Positions 8,059-17,216 of a stretch of DNA of 64,000 bases are shown here, piece after piece; positions within the stretch are counted from its first letter, which is position 1; each line of letters starts with the position of its first letter. The notes beneath the pieces were generated by a model that saw only the letters and a list, made by a program, of their open reading frames with translations, did not search any database and was not told the DNA's origin. The position numbers were made by a program, and so were the translations under genes. The stretch spans positions 3,272-67,271 of the forward strand of contig CAVAVP010000015.1 in assembly GCA_963592135.1 (NCBI GenBank), given 5' to 3'. This stretch comes from a bacterium (GTDB taxonomy: Bacteria > Bacillota > Clostridia > Christensenellales > UBA3700).

Positions 8059-10629
8059 TTACTTTGTTTGCAGATAGTTTTTCATGAATAAATTCTTAAA
8101 TATAAGGAATATAGAATATAGGATTATATATATAATGATTATAAATACTACACCTAGTAGTATTTTTCCAATTATGCTGCTAAATATATCGTTGAAGTTA
8201 ATTTTTTTGCCGGAAAATAATTTTTCAATTAATGAAAGCGATGGAAGTGAAACATCATCAATATTTAGATAAGAAGCAATTTTGTCTATAACTGTTTGCT
8301 GAGTATCGGCACTTGTCATTGTTACGTGCTCTTGCATTAAATCATCAAGAGAGTAGATAGAGTCTTCTCTTATAATGCCTTTACATGAGTTTATGTATTC
8401 CTCGTAATTAATCTCATTATTTAAGGAATTTAATTTCCCATAAAATTGCATATAAGCATATAAAGATATAATATATTCACCTGATTCTCCGTAAGTAATA
8501 GAATCTACAAGATTAACTTCTTGTTTTTGGAACCATGTAATATCACTTGTGTCGGTTGTGGACCATCCCTTAAAAATGTAAAGGGCATAGTCTTTGCCAA
8601 CATTTAAACTTCCAATTTTAACAGCATCATAATTTTGGCCAATAAAACCTTTTACAAATGTTGGCAGTTTGACTTTATCGCCAAGGCCGCCAGCAGTTTC
8701 CATGTAATAAATACCATTAACATAATATTTTATAGAGAAGTGTTTGTAGATATAAACCTTCGCAGGAAGTCCATCTTCTGCCGAAGAAAATAAAAAGCCA
8801 TTATATTCAAAACATTTTATTTTTTCATTTTTTTCATTTAGAACGAAAAAGGATGTAGCATCATATTTGTCATAATAATATCCAATTCCTGTACTTCCGT
8901 CGTGTTTACCATAACAGTACATACTTTTTCTTAAATGGTAATAACTATCTCCAATATATTCATATTTGGCTGGTTGAATGCCTGTATTATAGTAATAAAC
9001 AGATATAGGATGTTTTTCAGACCATTGTGCATATAAAACTATATCTTTACCTCCTTTAAATTCAGAAGAGGAGGTTGTAGTTGTAAAATCAGCATCTAAG
9101 TACCAACTTATAAATTCATACCCATCAAGAATAGGGACCGCTTGATCTTTAGGTACATCGTATTTGCGTATATAGTAATGATATAGTGGATTATCTGGAT
9201 CTTCTTTTCCACCATTGAACACATACGAGATAGAGTATATTGCAGGACTATCTATTTGAATATAGTCTGGAACGCCCAAGGAGACAGAAGATATGTAATT
9301 TCCTTTTAATTGTGAAAGACTTATAATACTGCCGCCTGTTGAGATTACACTAAAAGTTGTAGCTCCGCTTACTTTAGATGTAAGACTATTTAAATCTTCA
9401 GAATAATAATATGTGCCTTCGTGTTCATAATAACTTATAGTATCCACTTTTTTATCTATAATCTTATAAAAATCTGTTGTTTTATAGTACGCCTTAGCAA
9501 ATTTAAGTTCACTGAACTTTGCATATAAAGTAATATCGCTTGCAACAAAGTCCGAGGAGGCAGGAGTAGAAGTAAAATTTTCATCAAGATAATATCCAAT
9601 AAATTGATAGCCATACTTAAAAGGAATAGGAATAGATGATGAGGCTAGTTCGCTCTTAGTATTATAGTAGTTATATAAGGCAACTAATTTTTTACCACCA
9701 TTAAGCTCATATTTTATTGAATAAAAGGTGTTATATATTGCAATATGGTCGGGAATTCCAGCGGATTTAAGACAGAAGTTTTTCCCCATGGTTGTTATAA
9801 GTCTAAAATTATTATCATTTTTATCTTGAATAGAATAGTTTTCAAGATTATAGCCAGAATTAAAATTTTCAATAAGTTCAGTGAAACCATACATTTCTTG
9901 TGTCATTATGTCGTAGTAGCCTACGGTTCCTATTTGTGTGTAAATTTTTTTATAGTAGTCGTGGGTTATTTTATATACAGGTATGTATTCTATTTTTGAA
10001 AAACAAGCATATAGTGTAATATCGTTAGAAAGTTTAGTTCCTTTGATTGAATAATAACTATGTTCGTAGGTTGTTTCTGAAAACCAGCCTATAAATTTAT
10101 AGCCATCTTTGCTGGGATTATTAAGAGAAATATAAGTTTCGTTGTCCGCGTAAACATAGTGGATATTTTCTGTTTCTAAAGTCCCTTCGTCTAATTCGTA
10201 AGAAATCTTATAATATGGCCTATAAATATGTATTTGCGTAGGTTGCCCGTTAGTATCTATGTAGTAATGGCCATTTTCAATGTAAGCGCCAGTTACCATT
10301 AATCTAGGGCCTCTGTATGCTTTACAAGTTGTAGCATTATATGTTTTATAAAAATATCCAAGTCCTGATGTTGTGTCAGAAACAGCACCTAGGTCAATTT
10401 TATAGTTTGATACATTAGTAAGTTCAGAATTGAATTTAAAATATCCAAGATTATTGTTTTGAAGTTCACCATCTACAATTGAAATATCATGAATTGTTAC
10501 CGTTAAAACCTCTGTAGAAGATTCAGCTTCAACTATATTTTCATTTGAACTAAAAACAATAAAAAAGGCAACGACTAATAAAAGTAGTAGGAGAACAAAA
10601 ATATAATAAACTTTATATTCTTTTATCAT
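8059..10629 (-). CDS. Doubly anchored (N- and C-terminal TM) surface protein made of 4 x [~85-aa Tyr-rich module + Listeria-Bacteroides/InlB-B-type repeat]
   Basis: N-terminal TM YYIFVLLLLLLVVAFFIVF; C-terminal TM ILLGVVFIIIIYIILYSIFLIF. Four repeats end in GYKFIGWF...DITLYACFS, GYQFIGYY...DITLYAKFS, GYEFISWY...DIVLYAQWS and FKGWSTTD...ISLYAYMQF. Confidence 0.75.
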   Translation of the reverse strand: MIKEYKVYYIFVLLLLLLVVAFFIVFSSNENIVEAESSTEVLTVTIHDISIVDGELQNNNLGYFKFNSELTNVSNYKIDLGAVSDTTSGLGYFYKTYNATTCKAYRGPRLMVTGAYIENGHYYIDTNGQPTQIHIYRPYYKISYELDEGTLETENIHYVYADNETYISLNNPSKDGYKFIGWFSETTYEHSYYSIKGTKLSNDITLYACFSKIEYIPVYKITHDYYKKIYTQIGTVGYYDIMTQEMYGFTELIENFNSGYNLENYSIQDKNDNNFRLITTMGKNFCLKSAGIPDHIAIYNTFYSIKYELNGGKKLVALYNYYNTKSELASSSIPIPFKYGYQFIGYYLDENFTSTPASSDFVASDITLYAKFSELKFAKAYYKTTDFYKIIDKKVDTISYYEHEGTYYYSEDLNSLTSKVSGATTFSVISTGGSIISLSQLKGNYISSVSLGVPDYIQIDSPAIYSISYVFNGGKEDPDNPLYHYYIRKYDVPKDQAVPILDGYEFISWYLDADFTTTTSSSEFKGGKDIVLYAQWSEKHPISVYYYNTGIQPAKYEYIGDSYYHLRKSMYCYGKHDGSTGIGYYYDKYDATSFFVLNEKNEKIKCFEYNGFLFSSAEDGLPAKVYIYKHFSIKYYVNGIYYMETAGGLGDKVKLPTFVKGFIGQNYDAVKIGSLNVGKDYALYIFKGWSTTDTSDITWFQKQEVNLVDSITYGESGEYIISLYAYMQFYGKLNSLNNEINYEEYINSCKGIIREDSIYSLDDLMQEHVTMTSADTQQTVIDKIASYLNIDDVSLPSLSLIEKLFSGKKINFNDIFSSIIGKILLGVVFIIIIYIILYSIFLIFKNLFMKNYLQTK

Positions 10630-10747
10630 ACGCTTTAATAAGTGCCTGCTGATTGCGAATTAAGGGAGAAGCAAAAAGCAGGCATGGGAGACGAAGTAAT
10701 AAACCCACTTCGAATATAAACTAACCGACAAGGGTTAATTTAAGTAC

Positions 10748-10776
10748 ATTGTATAACCGAGTAAGGTTAAAGTCAA
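10748..10776 (-). promoter_or_regulatory. Sigma-A-type promoter for the 856-aa gene operon
   Basis: Minus strand: TTGACT (10776-10771), 17-nt spacer, TACAAT (10753-10748). It leaves a ~110-nt leader with two hairpins (10692-10712 and 10644-10683). Confidence 0.55.
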
Positions 10777-10836
10777 CACTTTTATTAAAGAATGTGCTAA
10801 AGTCTATTTGAATAATTTAACACAAGTAGGTTAGAA

Positions 10837-11148
10837 ATGGTTTTTGCGGAAAGATTAAAACAATTAAGAGAGGATAGAGGTTTGTCTCAATCAGCGCTTG
10901 CAAGAGCAACAGGTTTAAGACAAAGTCATATCTCTGCATGGGAAAGCGGAATAAGGCAACCTCTTCCCGATGGTTTAATGAGACTTGCAGATTATTTTTG
11001 TTGTAGTATAGATTATTTGTTGTGTTATGGACCAAACAATCAAGAGAAAAGAAAAATAGATGAAACAATTGCAGAATTAAGTTCTTTATCGAAAGATGAT
11101 CAACTAAAAGTTGCAGGCTACATAGATTGTTTGAAAGGAAAAAAATAA
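10837..11148 (+). CDS. XRE-family helix-turn-helix transcriptional regulator (103 aa), divergent from the sipW operon
   Basis: FAERLKQLREDRGLSQSALARATGLRQSHISAWESGIRQP is a canonical Cro/C1-type HTH. A short C-terminal helical tail follows. Confidence 0.85.
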   Translation: MVFAERLKQLREDRGLSQSALARATGLRQSHISAWESGIRQPLPDGLMRLADYFCCSIDYLLCYGPNNQEKRKIDETIAELSSLSKDDQLKVAGYIDCLKGKK

Positions 11149-11248
11149 ATTCATAAATTCAATAAAAAATATATTTTGTTTTTATCTACATAAAGTAGAA
11201 TTAAGGAATCTTTAGGTATACTTCAAATCAATATGACGATAATTGAAA

Positions 11249-11266
11249 ACAATGAATGTTCATTGT
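11249..11266. promoter_or_regulatory. 18-bp palindrome ACAATGAA-TG-TTCATTGT upstream of the condensation-domain gene
   Basis: Read directly: perfect 8-bp arms with a 2-nt centre, 60 nt upstream of the ATG at 11327. Confidence 0.35.
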
Positions 11267-11326
11267 ATTATTAAATTGATGAAAAGGAAAAAATTTTTAT
11301 CGAAAAAGGTTATCAAGAGGTGAAAA

Positions 11327-12613
11327 ATGAAAGAAAGAATAAAGGCTGAACTTTGGGATAAAACTCAATATATATTATCTAAATTCTATGATAGGATGAT
11401 GCATTATGCAGTCTATATGGACGGGGATTTAGATTTAGACTTAATTAGAAAATCTATAGATAAAGTAATTAAAAATGTTAAGGTGTTAAGATCAAGATAT
11501 GTTCCTAATCCTATAAGACAATACTGGCTTGTAACAGAAAAATACAGCATAGAAGAACTTGCTACAAAAGAAGAAATTGACGATTTAAATGGCAGTGTTG
11601 AAGAATTTTTAAAAATACATATATCCCATAAATCTAGATTTCAATTTAGAGCAAAGATTTTTACATGCAAAGATAAATGTGCATTTGCTTTAGTAGTTAA
11701 CCATCAATGTTTTGATGGAAGCGAATTAAAATATACTGTGAGAAAAATAGTTGAATGTTATAACGCATTTAAAACTAATGGAAATGCAGATTCAGTTGAA
11801 ATAAAAAACGGTTCTCGTGCTATAAAGCAATTGTATGAAAAAATGGCACCTAGTACTAAAGCAAAGGCAAAAAAACTTTATAACAACGCTTCAAAAACTG
11901 GAGTAAAAAGTCACTTTAGATTTACTCAGAATAAAGAAGTGTCAAAGATTTTCTTTACAAGAGTGTTGGATATAGATTTTGTAAATAAATTAAAAGAAAA
12001 AGGGAAAAAATACAATGCAACATTAAATGATGTTATTCTTGCTGCTTACTTTAGAGCTTATGCAAAAGAAGCAGGATTTGATAATAATAAGCTTTTGAAT
12101 ATTACATCAATTGTTGATTTAAGAAGACATTTGCTTTCAGGGAACGATTTAGAAGGTTGCACAAACATGGTTGCATTCATGCCATGCAAATTAAATGGAA
12201 TTGGTGAAAACTTTATAGAAACACTAAGGAAAGTTGCTGAAAATAATAATAATCAAAAAAAAGATGAAGTTGTAGGTTTATATGGAATTCCACTTCTTGC
12301 TCTTGCTTATAAGATTATTTGGTTTGATATAGTATCTGGAATTGCTGTAAAGATAGGTTACGAAAATCCTGTAATGCAGATGAGTAATCTAGGAAAAATA
12401 GATAGAGGCGATGTAACTTTTTATGGTTGCAAAATGACAGATATATTATGTACAGGAGCTGTAAAGAATAGACCATATTTCCAATTAACATGCGTTTCTA
12501 TTGATACTCATTTAAATATATGTATCGCTGAAAATTGTTCTAAAGAAGATGAAGTATTAATAAATAGTTTCTTAGATGATATAATAGAAATATTAAAGGA
12601 ATTTATTGAATAA
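11327..12613 (+). CDS. Stand-alone condensation/acyltransferase-superfamily protein (HxxxDG family: NRPS C-domain / WS-DGAT / PapA5-like)
   Basis: Active-site-like motif VVNHQCFDGSE (H-x3-D-G). Downstream motif NATLNDVILAAYFRAY. Length 428 aa. RBS GAGGTG. Confidence 0.6.
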   Translation: MKERIKAELWDKTQYILSKFYDRMMHYAVYMDGDLDLDLIRKSIDKVIKNVKVLRSRYVPNPIRQYWLVTEKYSIEELATKEEIDDLNGSVEEFLKIHISHKSRFQFRAKIFTCKDKCAFALVVNHQCFDGSELKYTVRKIVECYNAFKTNGNADSVEIKNGSRAIKQLYEKMAPSTKAKAKKLYNNASKTGVKSHFRFTQNKEVSKIFFTRVLDIDFVNKLKEKGKKYNATLNDVILAAYFRAYAKEAGFDNNKLLNITSIVDLRRHLLSGNDLEGCTNMVAFMPCKLNGIGENFIETLRKVAENNNNQKKDEVVGLYGIPLLALAYKIIWFDIVSGIAVKIGYENPVMQMSNLGKIDRGDVTFYGCKMTDILCTGAVKNRPYFQLTCVSIDTHLNICIAENCSKEDEVLINSFLDDIIEILKEFIE

Positions 12614-12628
12614 GGAATTTGTTAAATA

Positions 12629-13105
12629 ATGAAAATTGTATTTGTATGTTCGTCTAATATTTGTAGAAGTCCTTATTGTGAAATTATGATGCAAAGAATG
12701 ATTGAAAACGATAAGGATTTAGCAAGCAAAGTTAAGAAGGTGTCTTCGGCGGCTATGTTAAATAGATCTTTTAAGATAAATCCAAAAGCAGTTTTGTCTT
12801 TAAGAAGGGAAGGGTTTAGTGATGATGTTATATATGCTCATAAACCTAGATTTAAAATTGCTGCATGGAAAGATTTAAAAGAAGCTGATCTAATTATTGG
12901 AATGAACAATGCAAATAAATTTTTTACTCCACTTGTATTTAAAAAGAAGTTTAGAACATTATCCGAGGTTGCAGAAAATAAATATAAAAACATACCAGAC
13001 CCATGGCTTATGAAGGATATGAATGATTATTATGCAGTCATGGATATTCTAAAGGATTATTTAAATAAATTTGTTGAAAGAATTAAAAGAGGAGATTCTT
13101 TTTAA
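12629..13105 (+). CDS. Low-molecular-weight phosphotyrosine/phosphoarginine protein phosphatase family protein
   Basis: P-loop VCSSNICRSP (C-x5-R-S) at the N-terminus. A DP loop, IPDPW, lies near the C-terminus. The gene starts 15 nt after the upstream gene. Confidence 0.8.
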   Translation: MKIVFVCSSNICRSPYCEIMMQRMIENDKDLASKVKKVSSAAMLNRSFKINPKAVLSLRREGFSDDVIYAHKPRFKIAAWKDLKEADLIIGMNNANKFFTPLVFKKKFRTLSEVAENKYKNIPDPWLMKDMNDYYAVMDILKDYLNKFVERIKRGDSF

Positions 13106-13209
13106 AAGGCCCAAAGAATCGGTAAAAACTTAAAAATATGGGTATAGACACATAATTTTGTTTATGTTATAATTCTTATGATTAATAATTTTACTAAGAA
13201 AGGAATTTT

Positions 13210-14724
13210 ATGGAAAAAATAGCAATTATTGATGTAGGATCAAATTCAGCTCGTCTAGTTATAGTAGATATTCTAGAGAGTGGTTATTTTCAAGTTAGAG
13301 ATCAATTAAAGGAAACTCTAAGACTAGCTCAAGATATGGAAAATGATGGCTTTATTCAACCTGTTAGAATAGCTCAAACAGTAAGAACCTTAAAAATGTT
13401 TTCTAAACTTTGCGAAGCAAATAAGATTGATAGAATTTATGCTTATGCAACAGAAGCAGTAAGAAAGGCTAAAAATCAAAGAGGATTTTTAGATGAAATC
13501 GAATCCTCAACAGGTATAAAATTAAAAGTTCTAAATGAAGAAGAAGAGGCAAAACTTGTTTATCAAGGAGTTATAAACTCATTAGATATTCCAAGAGGAT
13601 TAATTGTAGATATTGGTGGTGGTTCTACTAACTTTATTTACTACAATAGAAAGAACTTGCTTTACTACGCAACACTTCCTCTTGGTGCAGTTGTTATTAC
13701 CGATATGTTTAAAGATGATGGCTCATCCCCTCTTGAGAAGTCTGAAAAGATGGAAAAATATGTTATGGAACAATTAAAGACTCTTCCATGGCTTCCTGAG
13801 ATTGCTCCTGATACAAAACTTATAGGTGTTGGTGGTTCATTTAGAAATGTAGGTAAGATTTCAAGAATGCTTAAGAAATATCCATTATCTATGGCGCATA
13901 ACTATGAATTAAAAATAGATGATTTTAATAGCATTTATAATAATATAAGATCTATGGCTATTGATAGCACAATGAAGATAAAAGGTTTATCCTCTGTAAG
14001 AGCAGATATATTCCCAGCAGCTCTTGCTGTTATGAGTGGAATAATGAAGCAATGCTCATTTGATGAAATTGTTATGTCTGGTTGTGGGTTAAGAGAGGGT
14101 GCAATGTTTAAATATGCTGTACCATCAACAAATGAAAAACCTATTAATGATATCTTAGGTCATAGTATTTATTCGCTTTTGAATTTCTTTAATGAAAATA
14201 TTGATCATGCTGAACAAGTTTATGAATTGTCTATGCAACTATATAAACAATTAAAAGTTATTCATAAATTACCAAGACAATATATGAAGGTTTTAAGAGT
14301 CGCAGCGCTTTTACATGATACGGGAACAAGAATTAAATATTATGAACATCAGTATCATTCACAATATATAATTCTAAATAGTAATTTATATGGTATTTCT
14401 CATAAAGACTTGGTCGTTGCGGCATTTGTAACTTCACTTCATAGAAAAGGTGAATTAAATGTACAAGAATTAAGTAAATATAAGGATATACTTACAGAAG
14501 AAGATTTGTCCGCTATATTAAAACTTGGCGTAATTGTAAGAATTGCAGAGAGTCTAGATAGAAGTCAATGTAAGGTTGTTAACACAATTATTTGTGATGT
14601 TCTTGGAGATAGCGTAATTATGAAGGTTGAAGGTGAGGGCGATATTTCTCTTGAATTAAAAGATGCTATGTCTGCAATCCCAGACTTTAAGAGAGCATAC
14701 AAAAAGAATCTTCAAATTTTATAA
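13210..14724 (+). CDS. ppx: Ppx/GppA-family exopolyphosphatase / guanosine pentaphosphate phosphohydrolase with C-terminal HD domain
   Basis: N-terminal actin-like ATPase motifs IDVGSNSARLV and DIGGGSTN. C-terminal HD region AALLHDTG. Length 504 aa. Confidence 0.85.
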   Translation: MEKIAIIDVGSNSARLVIVDILESGYFQVRDQLKETLRLAQDMENDGFIQPVRIAQTVRTLKMFSKLCEANKIDRIYAYATEAVRKAKNQRGFLDEIESSTGIKLKVLNEEEEAKLVYQGVINSLDIPRGLIVDIGGGSTNFIYYNRKNLLYYATLPLGAVVITDMFKDDGSSPLEKSEKMEKYVMEQLKTLPWLPEIAPDTKLIGVGGSFRNVGKISRMLKKYPLSMAHNYELKIDDFNSIYNNIRSMAIDSTMKIKGLSSVRADIFPAALAVMSGIMKQCSFDEIVMSGCGLREGAMFKYAVPSTNEKPINDILGHSIYSLLNFFNENIDHAEQVYELSMQLYKQLKVIHKLPRQYMKVLRVAALLHDTGTRIKYYEHQYHSQYIILNSNLYGISHKDLVVAAFVTSLHRKGELNVQELSKYKDILTEEDLSAILKLGVIVRIAESLDRSQCKVVNTIICDVLGDSVIMKVEGEGDISLELKDAMSAIPDFKRAYKKNLQIL

Positions 14725-14746
14725 TAAAAATTAATGAGTTAAAAAA

Positions 14747-14778
14747 CCGTTAAGAGAAGTCTTGACGGCTTTTTTATT
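14747..14778 (+). terminator. Rho-independent terminator after ppx
   Basis: CCGTTAAG-AGAAGT-CTTGACGG stem-loop (one G-U pair) followed by CTTTTTTATT. Confidence 0.7.
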
Positions 14779-15125
14779 AAGAATTACTAAAAAGATTGCT
14801 ATAGCAATTATATTAGTTTTAACGATAATTAAGATAATTTAAAATAGAAAATCAGGTTTTTATAATATAAAAGCAACCGATTGAAATGGTACTTTTCTTT
14901 TGAGAATGTTGTTTTTATTTAATTAATTCATCTAAATTTTACGCTTCATTTAATCTCATTAATCACGATTTTGCGAATTTTATGGATATATGATTTGTCC
15001 ATTATTGCATAAGATAAATATTATTAAAATTAAAAAATATCTTTTTTCCTTTATATTGCGTGTTTATTGATAAAAAAAAATGTGCATGCTAAAATATATG
15101 TATAATTTAAAGTAGGTAGGATATT

Positions 15126-16661
15126 ATGGGTTTAAAGACACTTCAAAAGCAAGCTTTGGAATTAAATGACGTTGAGGCAATGGTTAAACTTGGCAAAATT
15201 TATTTGCTTGGTATTGGTGTAGATAAAAACGAAAAAGAAGCATATAAGTGGTTTGAAAAAGCTTCAAATATGACTAATGCTGAAGCTAAGACATTTATAG
15301 CCTATATGTATTTAAACGGTATTATTGTAAAGCAGGACGATAAAAAGGCAATTGAATTTTATAAAAGAGCAGCCGATCTAGGAGATCCTGTTGCTTGTTA
15401 TACGGTAGGCCTTATTTATAAAAAAGGTTTAATTGATCAAGATCCTAATCCTAAAATGGCACAAAAATATTTTGAGCTTGGAGTTGAAAAAGGTAATACA
15501 GGTGCTAAATATGAACTATCTATCGAAGAAGCAAAAGAAGCTTTTAATCAAATAAAGAGTATAGATACAGTAAAGCAAGAACAAGGATATAAGACTCTTT
15601 TAAAATTAGAACCAATATACAAAGCTGCAGCAGACAATGGTATTATTACTGCAAAGTATGCTTTAGGTGTAATCTATGCAAAATCTAAAGATAAGGAAAA
15701 GCAAAAATTGGCAGCTCCTATTTTTGAAGAGTGTGTAAAAAATAATATAAACTCAGCCTACATGGCACTTGGCTATGTTTATGATTTGGGAATAGGCGTA
15801 GATGTAGATTATTGGAAGAGTTTTGAATGTTATGAAAAAGCTTATAGAAAAGGTAATAAAAAGGCAATATTAAATATAATTTATGCAAATATAATGGGCC
15901 TTGGTTGCACTCAAAACTTTAAAAGAGCTATTGATTTAGCAAGAAATGCAGTTAACTCTGGAATAAAGGAAGCTAACTATTTTGCTGGAGTTTTATTTAA
16001 ACATGGGTTTGGAGTTCAAAAAGATGTTGAAAAAGCTGAGGAATTATTTGGCTATGCCTCAGATGTAGGATTTGGCCCTGCTGTTTATCAATTAGGACTT
16101 CTTGCAGATCCATTCCATGGAATAGGAAATGATGAAAAGGTTGCCATAAGTAATTATGAAAAAGCATATGAACTTGGTGTTTTAGATGCAGGAGCTGAAC
16201 TCGCTAGAATAATTTATACAAAAGATAAAATAAAAGGTCTTAAGGAATTAACTTCGCTTGCAAATAACAAATCTACAAGAGCAAATGAATATTTGGCAGT
16301 AAAGTTTGAAGAGGGAGATGGAGTTACAAAAGATTTAAATAAATCTCGCTCATACTATAAAGAAGCAGCAACACTTGGTTCAATGCTTGCTGTTGAGCAT
16401 TTATTAAATGAAGCCGAAAAAGCTTCAAATAAGGATGATGAGCTTTTATATAAATCAATGAAACTTGAGGGTGGTGATACAAAAGAGTATGCCGCTTTCG
16501 CTAAAGAGTGTAAGGAGTTTGAAAGATTTGAACTTGCAGCATATTGGTATGCAATGGCTGCCGATGTTACAAATGATGAAAGTAGAATAAATAAGATAGA
16601 AACTATGCTTTCAAAGGAATATGAAAAAGGCCAAGATGGTATTTGGACTAAGAAGGCATAA
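15126..16661 (+). CDS. Sel1-like (SLR/TPR-type) repeat protein, cytoplasmic
   Basis: At least 8 repeats of the A-x-x-W/Y-F/Y-x-K-A-A-x-x-G-x-x-x-A type (EAYKWFEKASN, KAIEFYKRAADLGD, MAQKYFELGVEKGN, SRSYYKEAATLGS). No signal peptide. Confidence 0.8.
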   Translation: MGLKTLQKQALELNDVEAMVKLGKIYLLGIGVDKNEKEAYKWFEKASNMTNAEAKTFIAYMYLNGIIVKQDDKKAIEFYKRAADLGDPVACYTVGLIYKKGLIDQDPNPKMAQKYFELGVEKGNTGAKYELSIEEAKEAFNQIKSIDTVKQEQGYKTLLKLEPIYKAAADNGIITAKYALGVIYAKSKDKEKQKLAAPIFEECVKNNINSAYMALGYVYDLGIGVDVDYWKSFECYEKAYRKGNKKAILNIIYANIMGLGCTQNFKRAIDLARNAVNSGIKEANYFAGVLFKHGFGVQKDVEKAEELFGYASDVGFGPAVYQLGLLADPFHGIGNDEKVAISNYEKAYELGVLDAGAELARIIYTKDKIKGLKELTSLANNKSTRANEYLAVKFEEGDGVTKDLNKSRSYYKEAATLGSMLAVEHLLNEAEKASNKDDELLYKSMKLEGGDTKEYAAFAKECKEFERFELAAYWYAMAADVTNDESRINKIETMLSKEYEKGQDGIWTKKA

Positions 16662-17216
16662 ATGAGAGTAATACTAGCTTCAGCATCTCCAAGAAGAAAG
16701 GAACTTATAAGTAAGATTTTTGATAATGTTGAGTTTATGCCACAAAATGTGGATGAAAATATAAAAGAAAATAATCCAAAAGAATTAGTAAAAAAACTAT
16801 CTTTAAAAAAGTTAAACAACCTAGATTTAAAATATCCTGATTCTTTAGTGATTAGTGCAGATACAATAGTTGTTTTTAACAATTTAGTTTATGGAAAGCC
16901 AAAAGATATGGAGGATGCAATTAGAATATTAAGTGAGTTAAACGGAAATACTCATACAGTATACACAGGCGTTTGTATATATTTTAATGGGGAAAAATCT
17001 GTATTTGTTGAAGAATCTAAAGTAACATTTAAACAAATGACACTTGATTATATAAAAAAGTATATAAATGAGAAAAAGCCTTTAGATAAAGCGGGTGCTT
17101 ATGGTGTACAAGATAATGAGGTTGTTAAAAGCTTTGAAGGAAGTTATACTAATATAGTAGGCTTGCCTGTAGAAAGGTTAGAAAATAAACTTAAGAAAAT
17201 AGGAGCTATTAAATGA
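16662..17216 (+). CDS. maf: Maf-family nucleoside triphosphate pyrophosphatase (septum formation inhibitor-like)
   Basis: N-terminal ILASASPRRKELI, SADTIV, and AGAYGVQD near the C-terminus. ATG directly abuts the Sel1-gene stop (TAAATG). Confidence 0.9.
   Translation: MRVILASASPRRKELISKIFDNVEFMPQNVDENIKENNPKELVKKLSLKKLNNLDLKYPDSLVISADTIVVFNNLVYGKPKDMEDAIRILSELNGNTHTVYTGVCIYFNGEKSVFVEESKVTFKQMTLDYIKKYINEKKPLDKAGAYGVQDNEVVKSFEGSYTNIVGLPVERLENKLKKIGAIK

Noticed and set aside
10630-10741. Assignment of the structured leader to a known riboswitch class (c-di-GMP, preQ1, fluoride, ZTP, guanidine)
   Set aside because: I could not recognise any conserved core sequence of these classes. It remains an unclassified leader.
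10817-11068. 83-aa minus-strand ORF
   Set aside because: It is antisense to the XRE regulator, which has a textbook HTH.
16355-16882. 175-aa minus-strand ORF spanning the Sel1-gene/maf junction
   Set aside because: It lies entirely antisense to two well-supported plus-strand genes. Its composition is S/F/L-rich and low-complexity, typical of a shadow frame in AT-rich DNA. It has no RBS.
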